DNA of 64,000 bases, taken from NCBI GenBank assembly GCA_030390025.1, contig CM059431.1, forward strand, positions 124,250,001-124,314,000, written 5' to 3'. The position numbers and the translations under genes are program-made. Numbering within the stretch: the first letter of the stretch is position 1; each line of letters opens with the position of its first letter. A model generated the notes under the pieces. That model was not told where the DNA came from. It made no database searches and saw only the letters and a list, made by a program, of their open reading frames with translations. Source of the stretch: Squalus acanthias. Lineage: Eukaryota. Of the stretch, positions 42,690 to 56,476 are shown piece by piece.

Positions 42690-44820
42690 AGTGTTCCCAT
42701 GCACCTGCTGCCTTTGTCCTTCTAGGTGATGGAAGTCGTGGGTTTGGGAAGTGCTGCCGAAGAAGCCTTGGTGAGTTGCTGTAGTGCATCCATTTTTGGG
42801 AGCACACACTGCAGCCACGGTACGCCGATGGTGGAAAGAGTGGATGCTTAATCCAATGGATGGGGTGGCGATCAAACGGATTGCTTTGTCCTGGATAGTG
42901 TCAAGCTTCTTGAATGTTGTTGGAGCTGCACTCAACCGAGCAAATAGTGAGTAGTCTATCACACTCCTGACTTGTGCTTTGTAGGTGGTAGAGAGACTTT
43001 GGAGAATCAGGAATTGAGCCATTCGCCACAGAATACCTAGCCTCTGACCTCTTCACATAGTCATGGCATTTACGTGGCTTGTCCCATTCAGTTTCTGGTC
43101 AAAGATGAGCCCCAGGATGTTAATGGTGGAGGACTTGGCGATGGTAATGCCATTGCATGTCAAGGGGAAGTAGTTAGACTTGTGAAGGAATAAACCATAT
43201 AACCTATTCAGAAAAATACACCATTCTATGAAAGAATTCTGGCCTTATTAAAACATGACAAACTGGGTCTGGAAATCTAGAAACCTAACTATGAAAAAGC
43301 TGTGAAAGCATTCTGGCTATAGAGATGATAGTTGTTGACACTGAATCAATAACCTTATTGAAACAGAAGGTTAAAGGCTCCGGTAGGCTGAACCTTTTGG
43401 AATGAGACAATGGTTCACCCTGGACAAGGTGTTCTAATTTACACTTCGTAAAGAAGCACATAAAAGTAAGAAACATCTGCATTCGTAAAAATGACATCAA
43501 GTAAAACGCACCTGCCGTTACACTGTTTTTTGTGGTAAACTTAGAACACCTAGAGAAGAGACATAATTCTGTCATGCTACCAGCTGAGGTGACTAAGAAT
43601 TGCAGGGCTCAGCAGAAAAATGACTAGAGATAATTAGCTTGCATCAGCAGAAAACCTTAAAGGAAATAACACTGGAAAAGGATATAAATATTGAACTCTC
43701 AACTGGGATAGTAGACGCGCTTTAAAGGGGCAAAGCGATTCTCGTCTTCAAAGGCGGCTCTGTAAGTCTCCAACTCTTTGTACCTCGGGGATCAAAGGTA
43801 TTTGATTTTGGTGGATATCCTGTAGAAAACTAAGAACTGTAAAACTATAGTGAAGTTGAGATTTGAGAGTAAGGTTCTCTAATAATAGAATTGTAAAGCT
43901 TTCTCTTTTTGGAACTGTTAATGTTGCGATTGACTCACCAACTGTAAATTACATATCGGTTCTTTAATGAATCTATATATTTTTAGAATTGTCTCTCATA
44001 AGACTTCTGTATCAAAAACTCACAAACTCAATCTCTGTACACTCTTTGGTGAGGAGTTGTAGAATTCTGGGGGAGTTTTCCGTACTCTCATAATATCCGG
44101 AACGTTACAGTCTAGCTAAACTTATTAAAAGTGCTATCTGGAGGACAGTAACATTTTCAGGTTGTTCCTTTCCTTTAGGGAGAGATAGTCCGGACCTTTA
44201 GACCCAATTAAGCGTCTTTAGGATTCAGCTACCTCAAACTTTAGTTGAAAGTGAACGTCTGAGGAATACAACTGATTTGGGGTAGCCCTAAAGGGGCTAG
44301 GACTAGTAATTATCCCTTCAGACTCTCTCTTGTTGGACATAGTCATTGCTTAACAGTTGTGTGGCGTGTATGTTACTTGCCACTTATGCCCAAGCCTGAA
44401 TGTTGTCTAGGTCTTGCTGCATGCGGACATGGACTGCTTCACTAGCTAGGGAAATGTGAATGGAGCTGAACACTGTGCAATCATCAGCAAACTGCTGCTC
44501 TTCTGACCTTATGATGGAGAGAAGGTCATTGATGAAGCAGCTGAAGATAGTTGGGCCTCGGACGCTACCGTGAGGAACTCCTGCAGTGATATCCTGGGGC
44601 TGAGATGATTGGCCTCCAACAAACACAACCATCTTCCTTTGTGCTAGGTTTGACTCCAGTCACTGGAGAGTTTTCCCCCTGATCCCCATTGACTTCAGTT
44701 TTACTAGGGCTCCTTGGTGCCACCCTCAGTCGAATGCTACCTTGATGACTAGGGCACTCTCACTTCACCTCTGGAATTCAGCTCTTGTGTGAATGTTTGT
44801 ACCAAGGTTATAATGAGGTC
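42690..44820 (-). mobile_element. Non-LTR retrotransposon RT fragment interrupted by a solo LTR
   Basis: AGVPHGSVRGPTIFSCFINDL...FADD (44384-44632); YKAQVRSVIDYS...TIQDKA (42687-43022). Confidence 0.8.
43181..44320 (+). mobile_element. Solo LTR of a different family (1140 bp)
   Basis: TGTGAAGG...TATCCCTTCA; 4-bp TSD GACT (43177-43180 and 44321-44324) splitting the LINE; TATAAA at ~43683; strand inferred. Confidence 0.75.
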
Positions 44821-45702
44821 TACAGCCAAGTGAACAATGATCAGCAGGAATCAGTTGCACATTCAGGTTTTTGTGACTATTTTGAACCCTTCTAACCTTG
44901 ATTAATAGATAGAAATGACTGAGAGTCTGAACTTCATTAGTTACAAATAAAATATTTAATTCAATGTCACTGACACCACTGATTGGATGAATTTTACATT
45001 TATGGGCTGCTAGTAACTGAAGGGTTGTACAAAGTTATTTTAGACACATTTACAGCAGTAACTGCAAACACTTGGGGCTGATTCTCTCCTGAAGTACTGA
45101 AGATAAGCACATCTCATGGTAAGGGTAAGTGGAGGGGATAATTTCTGCTCATTTAGCCAAGTGCTGAAACACTGAAGGCCAGTGAATGTGGGGACAAGAT
45201 ATCTGGAGCAGCAATAAAATTCTGCTGCTGCATCTTAGAGATACCTTCAGTTAGTGTGCTTTTGAAGGGAATTGTTTGTCATCTCTTCTTTGCGGATTCT
45301 TGAAGATGTCAGGGTGGTCTACAGTCACAGTCCTCGAATTTATTTTCAGATCGGTGAAGCAACTGATGGTTTTATATGGAGCAACACTTATCTCAGAAGG
45401 CAACTGCACGGAAAGAGGTGACAGAGGAGGTAAACGCAGACAGACCAGTGGCAGGTCTCAAGGACTTTGTAGGGCCAGAGTGAGTATTCATTTAAAAAAC
45501 AGAAATTTACCTGGCTTTGGAGCAATGTACAGCAGTCTCTTTGGGTAGGCTGCTCCACGTCTGGTACAATTGCATACCTCAAAATTGTGTTGGGGTCGTA
45601 TGTATGTCATGGTTGATCTTCTGTTAGGTCAGCAAAATAAGATAATGGGAGTGAAGAAGGACTGAGATTAAGTCGAAGGGTGGGTCAGTTTAAGGAGATC
45701 TT

Positions 45703-46631
45703 GGGGCAATTTTAACCTAACCGCCCGGCGGGAAACTGACGGGATGGGGCGGAGCGCCAGTTTTATACCCCACCCATTGGCCCAGAAATTAAAGACGGAG
45801 CCTTCCTGCGGGGATAAGGCTTCCCCGCGATATCTCACTGCGCGCCTGCCTTTTCCTTCCGAGCTCGCACGAACTTGAGTTTCTAGACAGCAGCTGTGCA
45901 GTGTGTGCGTATCCCACAGACGCAGTTAATTCGTGTGAGCTGTGGGATCACGTGATTCAGTTACAGCCAATGGCAGCACACCATCTTTCATTCATAGTTT
46001 TCACAGCAAGGGCTGTGAAAGCTATGAATACTATACCCCACAAAAGAACAGCTAAACCTCAATTAAACTTTTTTTTAAAAATCACATTAATAAAATAAGT
46101 ATAGTTAAATAAATTAACCACTTTAAACAAAAAATTAAATTTTTGAAAACATTTAAAATCTTTTTAAAAGTTATAAAAATAAACTTACCTTTCTTTAAAG
46201 TCTCTAAAAAAGATATACCTGTTGAAAAAATTCAAAATAATACTTAATTAACTACTTACCTTGTTAAAAGAGGGTCTTACGCCTCCTTTCTTTATGTGCA
46301 AAATCTTCCATGCTTACCTGCGCGTTCAAAGCACTAACTGCACTGCGTGCGCGCAGCCTGTAGCGCGCACGCGGTTCACTTAGGAACCGCCCCCTTTTGA
46401 AATCACCAAGTGCCGGTTTTCAGCGCATGCGCAGTGCATGCAGAAAACTGGCAATTGGAGACAGAATACGCGAGAGTACACAGTGCGTACTCTCGCGTAG
46501 TGAGACTTATTTTTGGGCCAATATTACTCTCCACTGACTTTAATGGAGAGTAAAATCAGGCGGCGTGTAAAACCAGCATCACTCCCGATCCCATCAATTT
46601 CCCAACGAGTGGCTTAGGCTAAAATAGCCCC
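45703..46631. mobile_element. Small MITE containing a nested MITE (45779-46519)
   Basis: Outer TIRs ggggcaattttaaccta / taggctaaaatagcccc; the inner element is a copy of 17707-18431. Confidence 0.7.
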
Positions 46632-46919
46632 CAAGCTTCTGTGGAAACTGAATCTGAATGTATGAATTGCAACCACAAATGCTGGAAGGCTGCATAACAT
46701 AGAAGATGGACTACAGAAGCTAAGAACCTATACTCAAAAGTTCACAACAAGAACCTTAACAGGAGCAAGATAAGGAGTTGGAACCTAGTAACTGAAGCCT
46801 CCAAGAGGATTCAGTGACCTGTATTGCAATCTAATTCACAGATGGTGGAGAAGCGAGGGAGGATTTCTAGGCAAAACTGGACTTCTTGTTGGCTCCAGCT
46901 TTTGATGAAATTGTACCAC

Positions 46920-47390
46920 ATTACATAAGAACATAAACATTCGGCCCCTCGAGCCTGCTCCGCCATTCAATAAGGTCATGGCTGATCTAATCTTGGCCTC
47001 AACTCCACTTTTCTGCCTGTTCCCCATAACCCTTGACTCCCCTGTAGTTCAAATATCTGTCTATCTCCACCTTGAATATATTCACTGACTCAGCCTCCAC
47101 AGCTCTCTGGGGTAGAGAATTCTAGAGATTCATGACCGTCTGAGAGAAGAAATTCCTCCTCATCTCTGTCTTAAATAGGCAACCCCTTATCCTGAAACTA
47201 TGCCCCCTAGTTCTAGATTCCCCCAACATCCTCTCAGCATCTACCCTGTCAAGCCCCATCAGAATCTTATACATTTCAATAAGATAACCTCTCATTCTTT
47301 TAAACTCCAATGAGTATAGGCCCAACCTGCTCAACCTTTCCTCATAAGAAAACCCTTTCATCTCCGGAATCAACCTAGTGAACCTCGAGG
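46920..47390 (-). mobile_element. CR1-type LINE 3' end
   Basis: SYEERLSRLGLYSLE...RTRGHS...RRNFFSQ; 3' tail (ttcttatg-like). Confidence 0.85.
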
Positions 47391-47409
47391 GGCTGAATGG
47401 CCTACTCCT

Positions 47410-50400
47410 GTGCCTATGTCTTCTCCAAGTGGGTGAGGTGAAGCTAGGAATGGAAGGTGTGCCTCGTGATTGGTTCAGATTGTTGGTAGGTCAGTGATTG
47501 TCGGGGGCAGTCGTGCATTGAGAATTCTGTGAGGTTGTTGATGCAGTTGGTAGGAGACGGCTTTTGAAGATACATTCACTGTACTTGATCACTGGTCTGA
47601 GGTCATGAAGCTTCTTTGGGCATTGGAGCCAGGTGGTGGGGCAACACTGCTGGCAGTGATGGCCTCTCTGATGAGGTCCCACATCGTTCTTTCTGGAGGG
47701 CCTTCAGGCCCCTGTGTGTAGAGGACCTCTCTTGCAGTTTTGACCCCCTGCACAAAGCTGGAGTGCTGCGTGCGAGACCCTGGGGGCCCCTTCCCTGGCT
47801 TGCTAAGCCATTTCTGTTAGTGCTGAAGCACTTTTCCCAATTTTTTAGATGCGGAAGAATCACATTTTGGAATTCTTTTTAATAATTTTTACATGTTTTT
47901 TTTCATTTAAGAGACAGAGACTGTTTTCTGAAATGACAGCCTCGCTTTCAGAGCAGGCTGTTCGTGCTGCAATGACACTATGGCCACGGCCTCCTGCTGG
48001 GACGACCTCCACCAGGAGGCCGTTGCACAGTATGTTTAGCACTGGGCTAATGTTAATTTGTTGCCAGTGCCAATTTTTCAGTCCTGCCAGCGCCACCATT
48101 TTTGGCGGCTGTTAACACTGTCCCGCAGTGACACCGGCAGGTTTTTGCGGCTGTTAACACTGTCCCGCAGTGACACCGGCAGGTTTTGGCGGCTGTTGCA
48201 TTTTTAGCCCAAAAATTCCACATCAGAATAAGTTATGTAGTTCCGCGCTCAGTTGATCAGTTCAGTTGGTGTGCGACCTCGCCCAGCACATCATGATGGT
48301 GAATGTCCGCTATTCTAGCAGCATTAATGATGCCTTCATCCTGCACCAGTCCGGTGTGCCAGCACTCTTCCAGCCACCACGTCAAACCCGAAAGTGGCTG
48401 CTCGGGGACAAGGGCTACCTGCTCTTCACCTGGCTGATGACTCTCCTCCGCAACCCCACCACTCGTGGCCAGGACTCATGTAATGAGAGCCATGGTGCCA
48501 TGAAGAACCTCATCGAGCACACCATCGGTTCCACTGCCTTGACCTCTCGGGAGGAGCCCTCAGTACATGACGGAGCGGGTGCTCCATTTTGTGGTGGTCT
48601 GCGGCATCCTCCACAACTTGGCCATCATGAGGGCACAGCCCTTGCCACCATGGGTTCTGCTACCAACTCAGGAGGAGGAAGGGAGGAAGAGGAGGAAGGG
48701 AGGAGGCAGGCAACAGATCCCCATTCCAGACAGCCTGTCTGTGAGCATCTCATCAGAATCTGGTTCCCCTGAATGAAACCCCAGATCCCCGTTGCTCATC
48801 TCTTCCCCACTTATCATCCCTCTGTTACTGAACATCACAGCATTTTCTTGATCACAAAGCTTAAATGAGAGCCACCACAAAACAAACATTCCAAACATAA
48901 TTTATAAATTAATCGATCCAAAACTACATAACAAAGTCAACTAATCATCCTTGTACGTTCCCTTAGAGTTTGTCTTTCATGTTCCTTTGTCTACCCTAGT
49001 GCTCCTATGTAATGCTACCCCAATGGCTGTAGCATGGCTAGTTGAAGGCGGCTGACTTTCCATGGGGGCATTGCAGATGGCCTGCAGGACGACCTCGAGC
49101 AGCTGTGGGCCTGAGAAGGCCCAGCTGTAGTCTGCACTACCTCCGCATGGGCGGCAGCAGACTGGGCTGGCTGACAGGCAGCAGCAAGGGCACTGGTGGA
49201 GTGGCAGAGGTGAGAGTACGAATGCTGTAATCTTGAGAGAGGTCAGCAGGTACTTGCTCCACACTGCCATTTCCCTGGGGCAGCGCCATCTGCTGGAGCA
49301 CAGATTGCTGGAGTGCTGTGAGACCCTGCAAGCCCCTTTCCACACTTGGGCATCAGTCTGAGTTGCGTGGCAGCAAACTGAGCCTGTATGCGAGCAGACT
49401 GAGCTTCCAGACATCTCCCATCACAACCAGAATCATGGTTGGATCCACAAGTGCTCTAATGGAGTTGCCCCTCACTTCCATTCTGGAAATCATGGGCTCC
49501 AAGCTCCGCACAAAGCCCCATGCAATTTTGGAGCCGGACTCATCCATGCTCCTTGACACTGACAAGAGGCTCTCTGGCAGGCCTGCCACTTCACCAAGCA
49601 TTTCCATGTGCATGCCCATCTCCATTCTTCTGAAGGCCGCCCCATTGAATTCATCATCTGAATCCTGTACAGCAGATCTCGTGCGCGACCTCACCTTCCG
49701 GGGATCTGGCACCTGAGCTACCCTTTCCCCCTAGCCTGGCTGCAGCCCACTTGTGCCCGGTGACTCACCACGGGCAGATCCCACCTCTATACTACCCTCT
49801 AAAGTACGCACAGTGCCATTTTCTGAGCTGGTGCTTGGAAGTGTCGGATCGTGTGACAGTGCCTCCTCTTCTCCTTCACTCTCCTTTTCTACTATGTCGG
49901 TAACAGGCTGGGCTGCTGGCAGTTCTTGGGTATCTGAAAGGAGAAAGGCACAAGGGTAGGGTTGTGGTGAGGGTAGGGGGGGAAAGCAAGATGTGCAAGC
50001 CTTCACCGTCAGCAGCTTGTAAGTGAGAAGAGATTGTGCCATGAGGGGGAAGTGGGATATGAGAAGAAGGATTATGTATGAGCATACCGTCATCAGCAAT
50101 GCTTTCAACCTCCCTGCTCGCCACGGCCTCGGTGAGGGCCCCTCCAATTATCTCCAGCACTGTCTCCTCCAGCTCAGTCAGGTTCTGAAGACGTGCTTCC
50201 CCTCTGCCTATCTGCTGCTGCTCATGTCTGTTAAGCACCACCTTGGCCTGCAAGAGTAAGGGAAGTGAGTCAGTGAGTGTGGTGCAATGTGTTTGGGTGA
50301 TGTGCCTGTCATGGTTAAATAGCTGGCAGTGTGTGAAAGGTGTGAGATGTGGGTGTGAGGCTTGTAGCAGTGGTAAGTGTGTGAGGGTGAGGTGAAGCTA

Positions 50401-51018
50401 TGATTGAGTCATGATTGCTAGAGATTGTTGGTAGGTGAGTGATGGGAGTGTAATGCCTTAAGCAGTGTGTGAGGCTAGTGGTGCAGTTGGTGGGATATGA
50501 CATTTGAAGATGCAGTCACTCATCTTGACCACTCATGTGAGGTCAGTAAGCTTCTTACGGCACTGGATCCAGGTTCTGGGGGCAACCAACGTGGCACTGA
50601 TGGTTTCTGCTATCTCCTCCCACTGCCTACTAGCAGGCTGCCTGGAAGGCCTGCTGCCCCCTACGGGTAGAAGACCTGTTTTCTTTTGTGCACCCCCAGG
50701 ACCAAGGGCTTCAGTGCTGCATCAGAGAATCTCCTTGCCCTTTCTCTTCCTTGTTGAGCCATGGCTGCATGCAGAGTGACATTGAGTTGCTTCTGCAACA
50801 AAGCACCTCCACTTTAAGAAGTGCAGAGAGCCTAGGCAAAATTTTATTGGCCAGTATACTGCACCCGATATTGATCCGCCGCTTGAGTGCTAAGCCAACC
50901 AGCAGCATTTTTAATGCTGAGCATTTTGCGTGCTGCCTGTACCACTTTGAATGGATGCAGGCAGATCGCGCTTCCCGCTCTCTGCGCCTGTTTTCGGACC
51001 TAATTGAATTTCGCCCCC
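47410..51018. mobile_element. Degenerate Harbinger element(s): transposase fragment (+, 48266-48776) and Myb/SANT-like gene remnants (-, 47410-47800 and 48977-50700)
   Basis: NDAFILHQSGVP...WLLGDKGY...CGILHNLA; AKVVLNRHEQQQIGRG; QCRKK-like remnant at ~50545-50565. Confidence 0.78.
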
Positions 51019-52208
51019 AGAATTTTTTATTTTAGTATTTTGACTTTATAAACTGGTGCTGGTGGATGGGTTAAGAAATAATTTATGAATGATGCTTATA
51101 CAATACTATTATATAGAAAGAGAACTGCATTTCATGCTTATCACGCAGGTTTAAGGAGGCACTCTCTCTCTCTCTCTCTCAGGTGGTTTGTTATCCTTTG
51201 GAGATCATTGATCAATTGATCTTGTGCACTTTATAGAATTTTTGAAGCTTTGACTTTATGTACAATCACTGTCCAGAAGTTACGATTCTATGAAAAGCAA
51301 TATGATATACCAATCCTAGATGCAGTTGTTGCAGAGCTAAATGGATTGTGTGTGTTCTCCAAGTTAGATCTGAAATCAGTTTAACTCTGGATGAAACCAA
51401 CCCACACAGCGATCACATCGTGACCTTCTCCACTCACACCAGTCTCAAATAGGATAAAGAATTGTACTTCAAGATTTCATCTGTGGCAGCCAACCTCCCC
51501 TAGCCGTCTGGACTTAGATAAGTGAATTATATCCTACATGAAGAGAGTTAGCGCTCCATACCATCCAAATAAAAACCCTACATTTGTGCATTTTTCAGTA
51601 GCTTGTCTTGTTGATTGTGAGGTATGGTAATGGCTTTCTGTGTCTGCTAAACACCAAGCTGGCCAAATAAAAAATGATATCTACCTTCAGAAATCCCACA
51701 TTGCAGTTTATTTTTCTCTGAGTGTTAAATGAATATTAAAGACAAATACATTTAGGAGGCATTACAAAGTAATGAAAACTAATTTTACAGGACAGAAGCT
51801 GCAAACCCTTCTGCAAGAACTCGGAGAAGAGCCACACAATTTAAGCAATTGATGGCCATATCTGCCAAGCTTAACCCCTGGTTAGCTTAACCTATCACTC
51901 TTTGGCACCAATCTCCTCTGCCCATTCCTCACCCATGATCAGTATCTCACCCAAATGCTGTCTTCAACGTACTGTTATTCTCTGAAGTACTTATTGTTGG
52001 GTTGACAGCTGCTTGGAGTGATGTGAATTATACATTATGCTGTGGTGAAAGTTGCAATCATGGGATTGATCTTGTGGATCTTTCCTTTGAGAAAAAAAAA
52101 TCATGATCAGCACACAGTCATGATAAAACACATTGCTGTTGCAATAATAGTATACCCTCTGGAGTCGATTCCGTGAATGTGCAAGCCCAATGCAGGGTTA
52201 CATGCACT

Positions 52209-52851
52209 GGGGGAAGGGAAGGGGGAAGGGAAAGGGGAAGGGAAGGGGGGTGGGGAAAGGGAAGGTGGGGGGGAGAAAGGGTGGGGTGGGGGGGGGAGAA
52301 AGGGTGGGGTGGGGGGGGGAGAAAGGGTGGGGTGGGGGGGGGAGAAAGGGTGGGGTGGGGGGGGGGAAAGGGAGGGGGGGGGAAAGGGAAGGTGGGGGGG
52401 GAAGGGAAGGGGTGGGGGGAAGGAGGGGGAGAGAGGGGTGAGGGGGAGGAAGGGGAGAGGGGGAGGAAGGAGTGGGAAGGGGAGGGAGGAGAGGGGGGAG
52501 GAAGGGGGGAGGAAGGAGTGGAAGGGGGGAGGAGGGAGAGGGGAGGGAAGGGGTGAGGGGAAGGGGGGAGAGGAGGGAGGGTGGGGGGGGAAGGGAAGGT
52601 GGGGGGGAAGGGAAGGGGTGGGGGGAAGGAGGGGGAGAGAGGGGTGAGGGGGAGGAAGGGGAGAGGGGGAGGAAGGAGTGGGGAAGGGGAGGGAGGAGAG
52701 GGGGGAGGAAGGGGAGAGGGGGAGGAAGGAGTGGGGAGGGGGGGAGGAGGGAGAGGGGAGGGAAGGGGTGAGGGGAAGGGGGGAGAGGAGGGAGGGGGGA
52801 AGGGGAGGGGAGAGGGAAGGGGAGAGGGAAGGGGAGGGTGCTAAGGGGGGG
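52209..52851 (+). repeat. G-rich polypurine low-complexity tract
   Basis: About 640 nt of almost pure G/A with many G3-G9 runs and internal duplications. Confidence 0.92.
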
Positions 52852-53569
52852 CTGCTATTAGGAATTCGAGCATGGAGGCTAGTGTGGCCTGCAGGATTTT
52901 CCATAAATTAAAATTAATGGATAGAAAATGCTTGCTGACCTGCACGCACAATGCTCCATACTGGAGGCACAGATTGATAAACACCTGCCCTAAGGTGTAT
53001 GTGAAAGGCAGGAGCATTGCTTTTCACATGATTCAAGTGATATTTATTGACATATTGAACAAATGCAATTAGTACAAAACAAACCTTGAATGTTAAGCAT
53101 CTGTAAACAACTGCATAATTTAAGTTATGTGCTGTCTTCTATTCAATGATTGTTCTGCCACACTCACAAAGGAGGGAGTTTAATGTTTCATGGTGCTCCA
53201 CTAATTATTACAAATTCTTACCTGTTGAATGTTGCCTGTTCCTACAATGAAAGTTAGACATTGAATAAGATAAAATTTTACAGCGAGAAGTGTAGGCCGC
53301 ACCACATACACATAGATAGATAGACACCGTGAAATACCTTAATAACTGCAAATACTGAAAGAAAAAGGCTCCTTTCAGATAGAGAATAAGATGTCTGAGT
53401 TATTTCTTGACATTCATGTTTTTACAGCCAGTATTTCTCATTATCCAATATCCATATTAATTGTGCTTCCTGCTGCACTTGCATCACTTTAATGAATAAA
53501 TTCAGGTTAGCAATATTGTTTCATGAACTTTTTCACTAAACTAAGACTGAGAATTACCCTCCCTTTTAA

Positions 53570-56082
53570 TTCATAGAATGGTTACAGCAGGAAAGAAGGC
53601 CATTCGGCCCATCGAGCCCGTGCCGACTCTCAGCTAGTCCCACTCCCCTGCCCTTTCCCTGTAGCCCTGCAATTTATTTTTCCTTCAGATACTTATCCAA
53701 CTCCCTTTTGAAAGATAAGATTGAGTCTGCCTCCACCACCCTTTCAGGCAGTGCATTCCAGATCTTAACAACTCGCTGTGTAAAAAAGAGTTTTCTAACG
53801 TCGCCTTTGGTTCTTTTGTCAATCACTTTAAATCTGTGTCCTCTGGTTCTCGACCCTTCTGCCAATGGGAACAGTTTCTCTCTATCTACTCTGTCCAGAC
53901 CTCTCATGATTTTGAACACCTCTATCAAATCTCCTCTCAATCTTTTCTGCTCCAAGGAGAACAACTCCAGATTCTCCAATCTATCCACGTAACTGAAGTC
54001 CCTCATTCCTGGAAACATTCTCCTAAATCTTTTCTTCACCTTCTCTATGGCCTTCACATCCTTCCTAAAGTGTGGTGCCCAAAATTGGACACAGTACTTG
54101 TGTTGGGGCCGAACCAGTGTTTTATACAGGTTCATCATAATTTCCACACTTTTGTGCTCTACACCTCTATTTATGAAGCCCAGGATCCCGTAAGCCTTTT
54201 TAATTGCTTTCTCAACCTGCCCTGCCATCTTCAACGATTGTACACATATAACCTTAGGTCTCTCTGTTCATGCACCCACTTTAGGATTGCACCATTTAGT
54301 TTGTATATCCTCTCCTCATTCTTTCTACCAAAATGTATCACTTCACACTTTTCTGCATTAAATTTTGTCTGTCCATTTCACCAGCCTGCTTATGTCTTCC
54401 TGAAGTCTCTCACTCTCCTCCTCACTGTTCACTATATTTCCAAGTTTTGTGTCATCTACAAATTTTGAAATTGTGCCCTGTACATCCACGTCCAAGTCAT
54501 TAATATATATCAAGAAAAGCAGTGGTCCTAGAACCGACCCCTGGGGAACACCACTGTATACCTTCCTCCAGTCCGAAAAACAACCGTTCACCACTACTCT
54601 CTGTTTCCTGTCACTTAGCCAATTCCGTATCCATGCTGCCACTGTCCCTTTCCATGGGTTTCAACTTTGCTGGCAAACCTATTATGTGGCACTTTGTCGA
54701 AGTCCTTTTGGAAATCCATGTACACCACATCAACCGCATTACCCTCATCAACCCTCTCTGTTACCTCATTAAAAAACTCGATCAAGTTGGTTAAACATGA
54801 TTTGCCTTTAACAAATCCAAGCTGGCTTTCTTTAATTAATCTACACCTGTTCAAGTGACTGTTAATTTTGTCCCTGATTACTGTTTCTAATAGTTTCCCC
54901 ACTACCGAGGTCAAACTGACTGACCTGTAGTTGCTGGGTTTATCTTTACACCCTTTTTTTGAACAATGGTGTAACATTTGCAATTCCCCAGTCCTCTGGC
55001 ACCTCCCCTGTATCTATGGAGGATTGGAATATTATGGCCAGTACCTCCACGATTTCCACCCTCAATTCCCTCAGCATCCTGGGATGTATCCCATCTGCTC
55101 CTGGTGACTTATCTACTTTAAGTACAGCCAACCTTTCTAATACCTCTTCTTTATCAATTTTTATACTATCAAGTGTCTCCACTACCTCCTCCTTCACTAT
55201 GTCTATGGCAGCATCATCTTCCTTGGTGAAGACAGATGCAAAGTACTCGTTTAGTACCTCTGCCATACCCTCTGCCTCCATGCATAGGTCTCCTTTTTTG
55301 GTCCCTAATTGGCCCCACCCCTCCGCTTACTACCCTTTTACTATTTATATGCCTATAGAAGACTTTTCGATTACCTTTTATGTTGGCTGCCATTCTATTC
55401 TCATACCCTCTCTTTGCCCCTCTTATTTTCTTTTTCACTTCTCCTCTGACCTTTCTGTATATAGCCAGATTCTCTGATTCTCAGATCTATTTGCCACCTG
55501 ACAACTATCATACACGCTCTTTTTCTGCTTCATCATATTGGCTATCAGTTTCGTCATCCAGGGAGTTCTGACTTTAGTTCCCCTACCTTTCCCCCTCGTG
55601 GGAATGTACCTTGACTGTACCCAAACTATTTCCTCTTTAAAGGTAGCCCATTGTTCCACTACAGTTTTGCCTGCCAATCTTTGATTCCAGTTTACCCGGG
55701 CCAGATCTGTTCTCATCCCACTGATATTAGAGTTCCCCCAGTTAAACATTCTTACTCTAGATTGCTCCCTGTCCTTTTCCATAGCTAATCTAAACCTTAT
55801 GATACTATGATCACTGTTCCCTAAATGTTCACCTACTGACACTTGCTCCACTTCACCTACCTCATTCCCCAGAACCAGATCCAGCAATGCCTCCTCCCTC
55901 GTCAGGCCAGAAACATACTGATAAAGAGTGTTCTCCTGAACACATTTCAGAAATTCTTCCCCTTCTCTGCTCTTTACACTATTACAATCCCAGTCTATAT
56001 GAGGATAGTTGAAGTCCCTCATTATAGTACTCTATAGTTCTTGCACCTCTCTGTAATTTCCCTGCAAATTTGCTCCTCCATA
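53570..56082 (-). pseudogene. CR1-type LINE ORF2 (endonuclease C-terminus + RT), frameshifted, with 3' tail
   Basis: DFNYPHIDW; LLDLVL; SDH; KSPGADGIHPR; NYRSVSLTS; GVPQGSVLGP; KFVDDTKL. Confidence 0.92.
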
Positions 56083-56476
56083 TATTGAAATCACTAGAAG
56101 GCAAATACAGTACGTGTAAATGTTATGTAAGATAATAACAAATTAGATTTATAGATTGCAAGTGCAGAAAATTGTCATTCAGACCCACGTATAGTAGTGT
56201 AAAATGGTTGCCAGGTAGCCATCTTACTTTGGCACTTTAAATTAGGCATCTTCTTCTTTATATATTGCCCTGTATGGTGGCAGCAAGAATCCATATTGAC
56301 CCTGGTGGTGAATGACTCCCATAGCACCTGGATCTACTATTTATTTATTGTATGCCTTCAGACCCATAAAGAGCTTCTTTACTCCATCATGCTGTCAAGT
56401 ATAATCTGGTCTTTTGGCACCTTGCTCTCTCCATAGTGTTTCACACTTATTGAAGCCGTGGCATTATTCACCCATT

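Noticed and set aside
45340..45580. Possible host exon(s) with AG/GT boundaries on either strand
   Set aside because: Short, with no recognisable protein similarity and no partner exons identifiable.
48100..48196. ~39-bp tandem duplication
   Set aside because: Local duplication in the subterminal region of a degenerate DNA transposon; nothing suggests function.
52107..52911. Long Pro-rich and Gly-rich ORFs
   Set aside because: Artefact of the G-rich low-complexity tract, which lacks stop codons.
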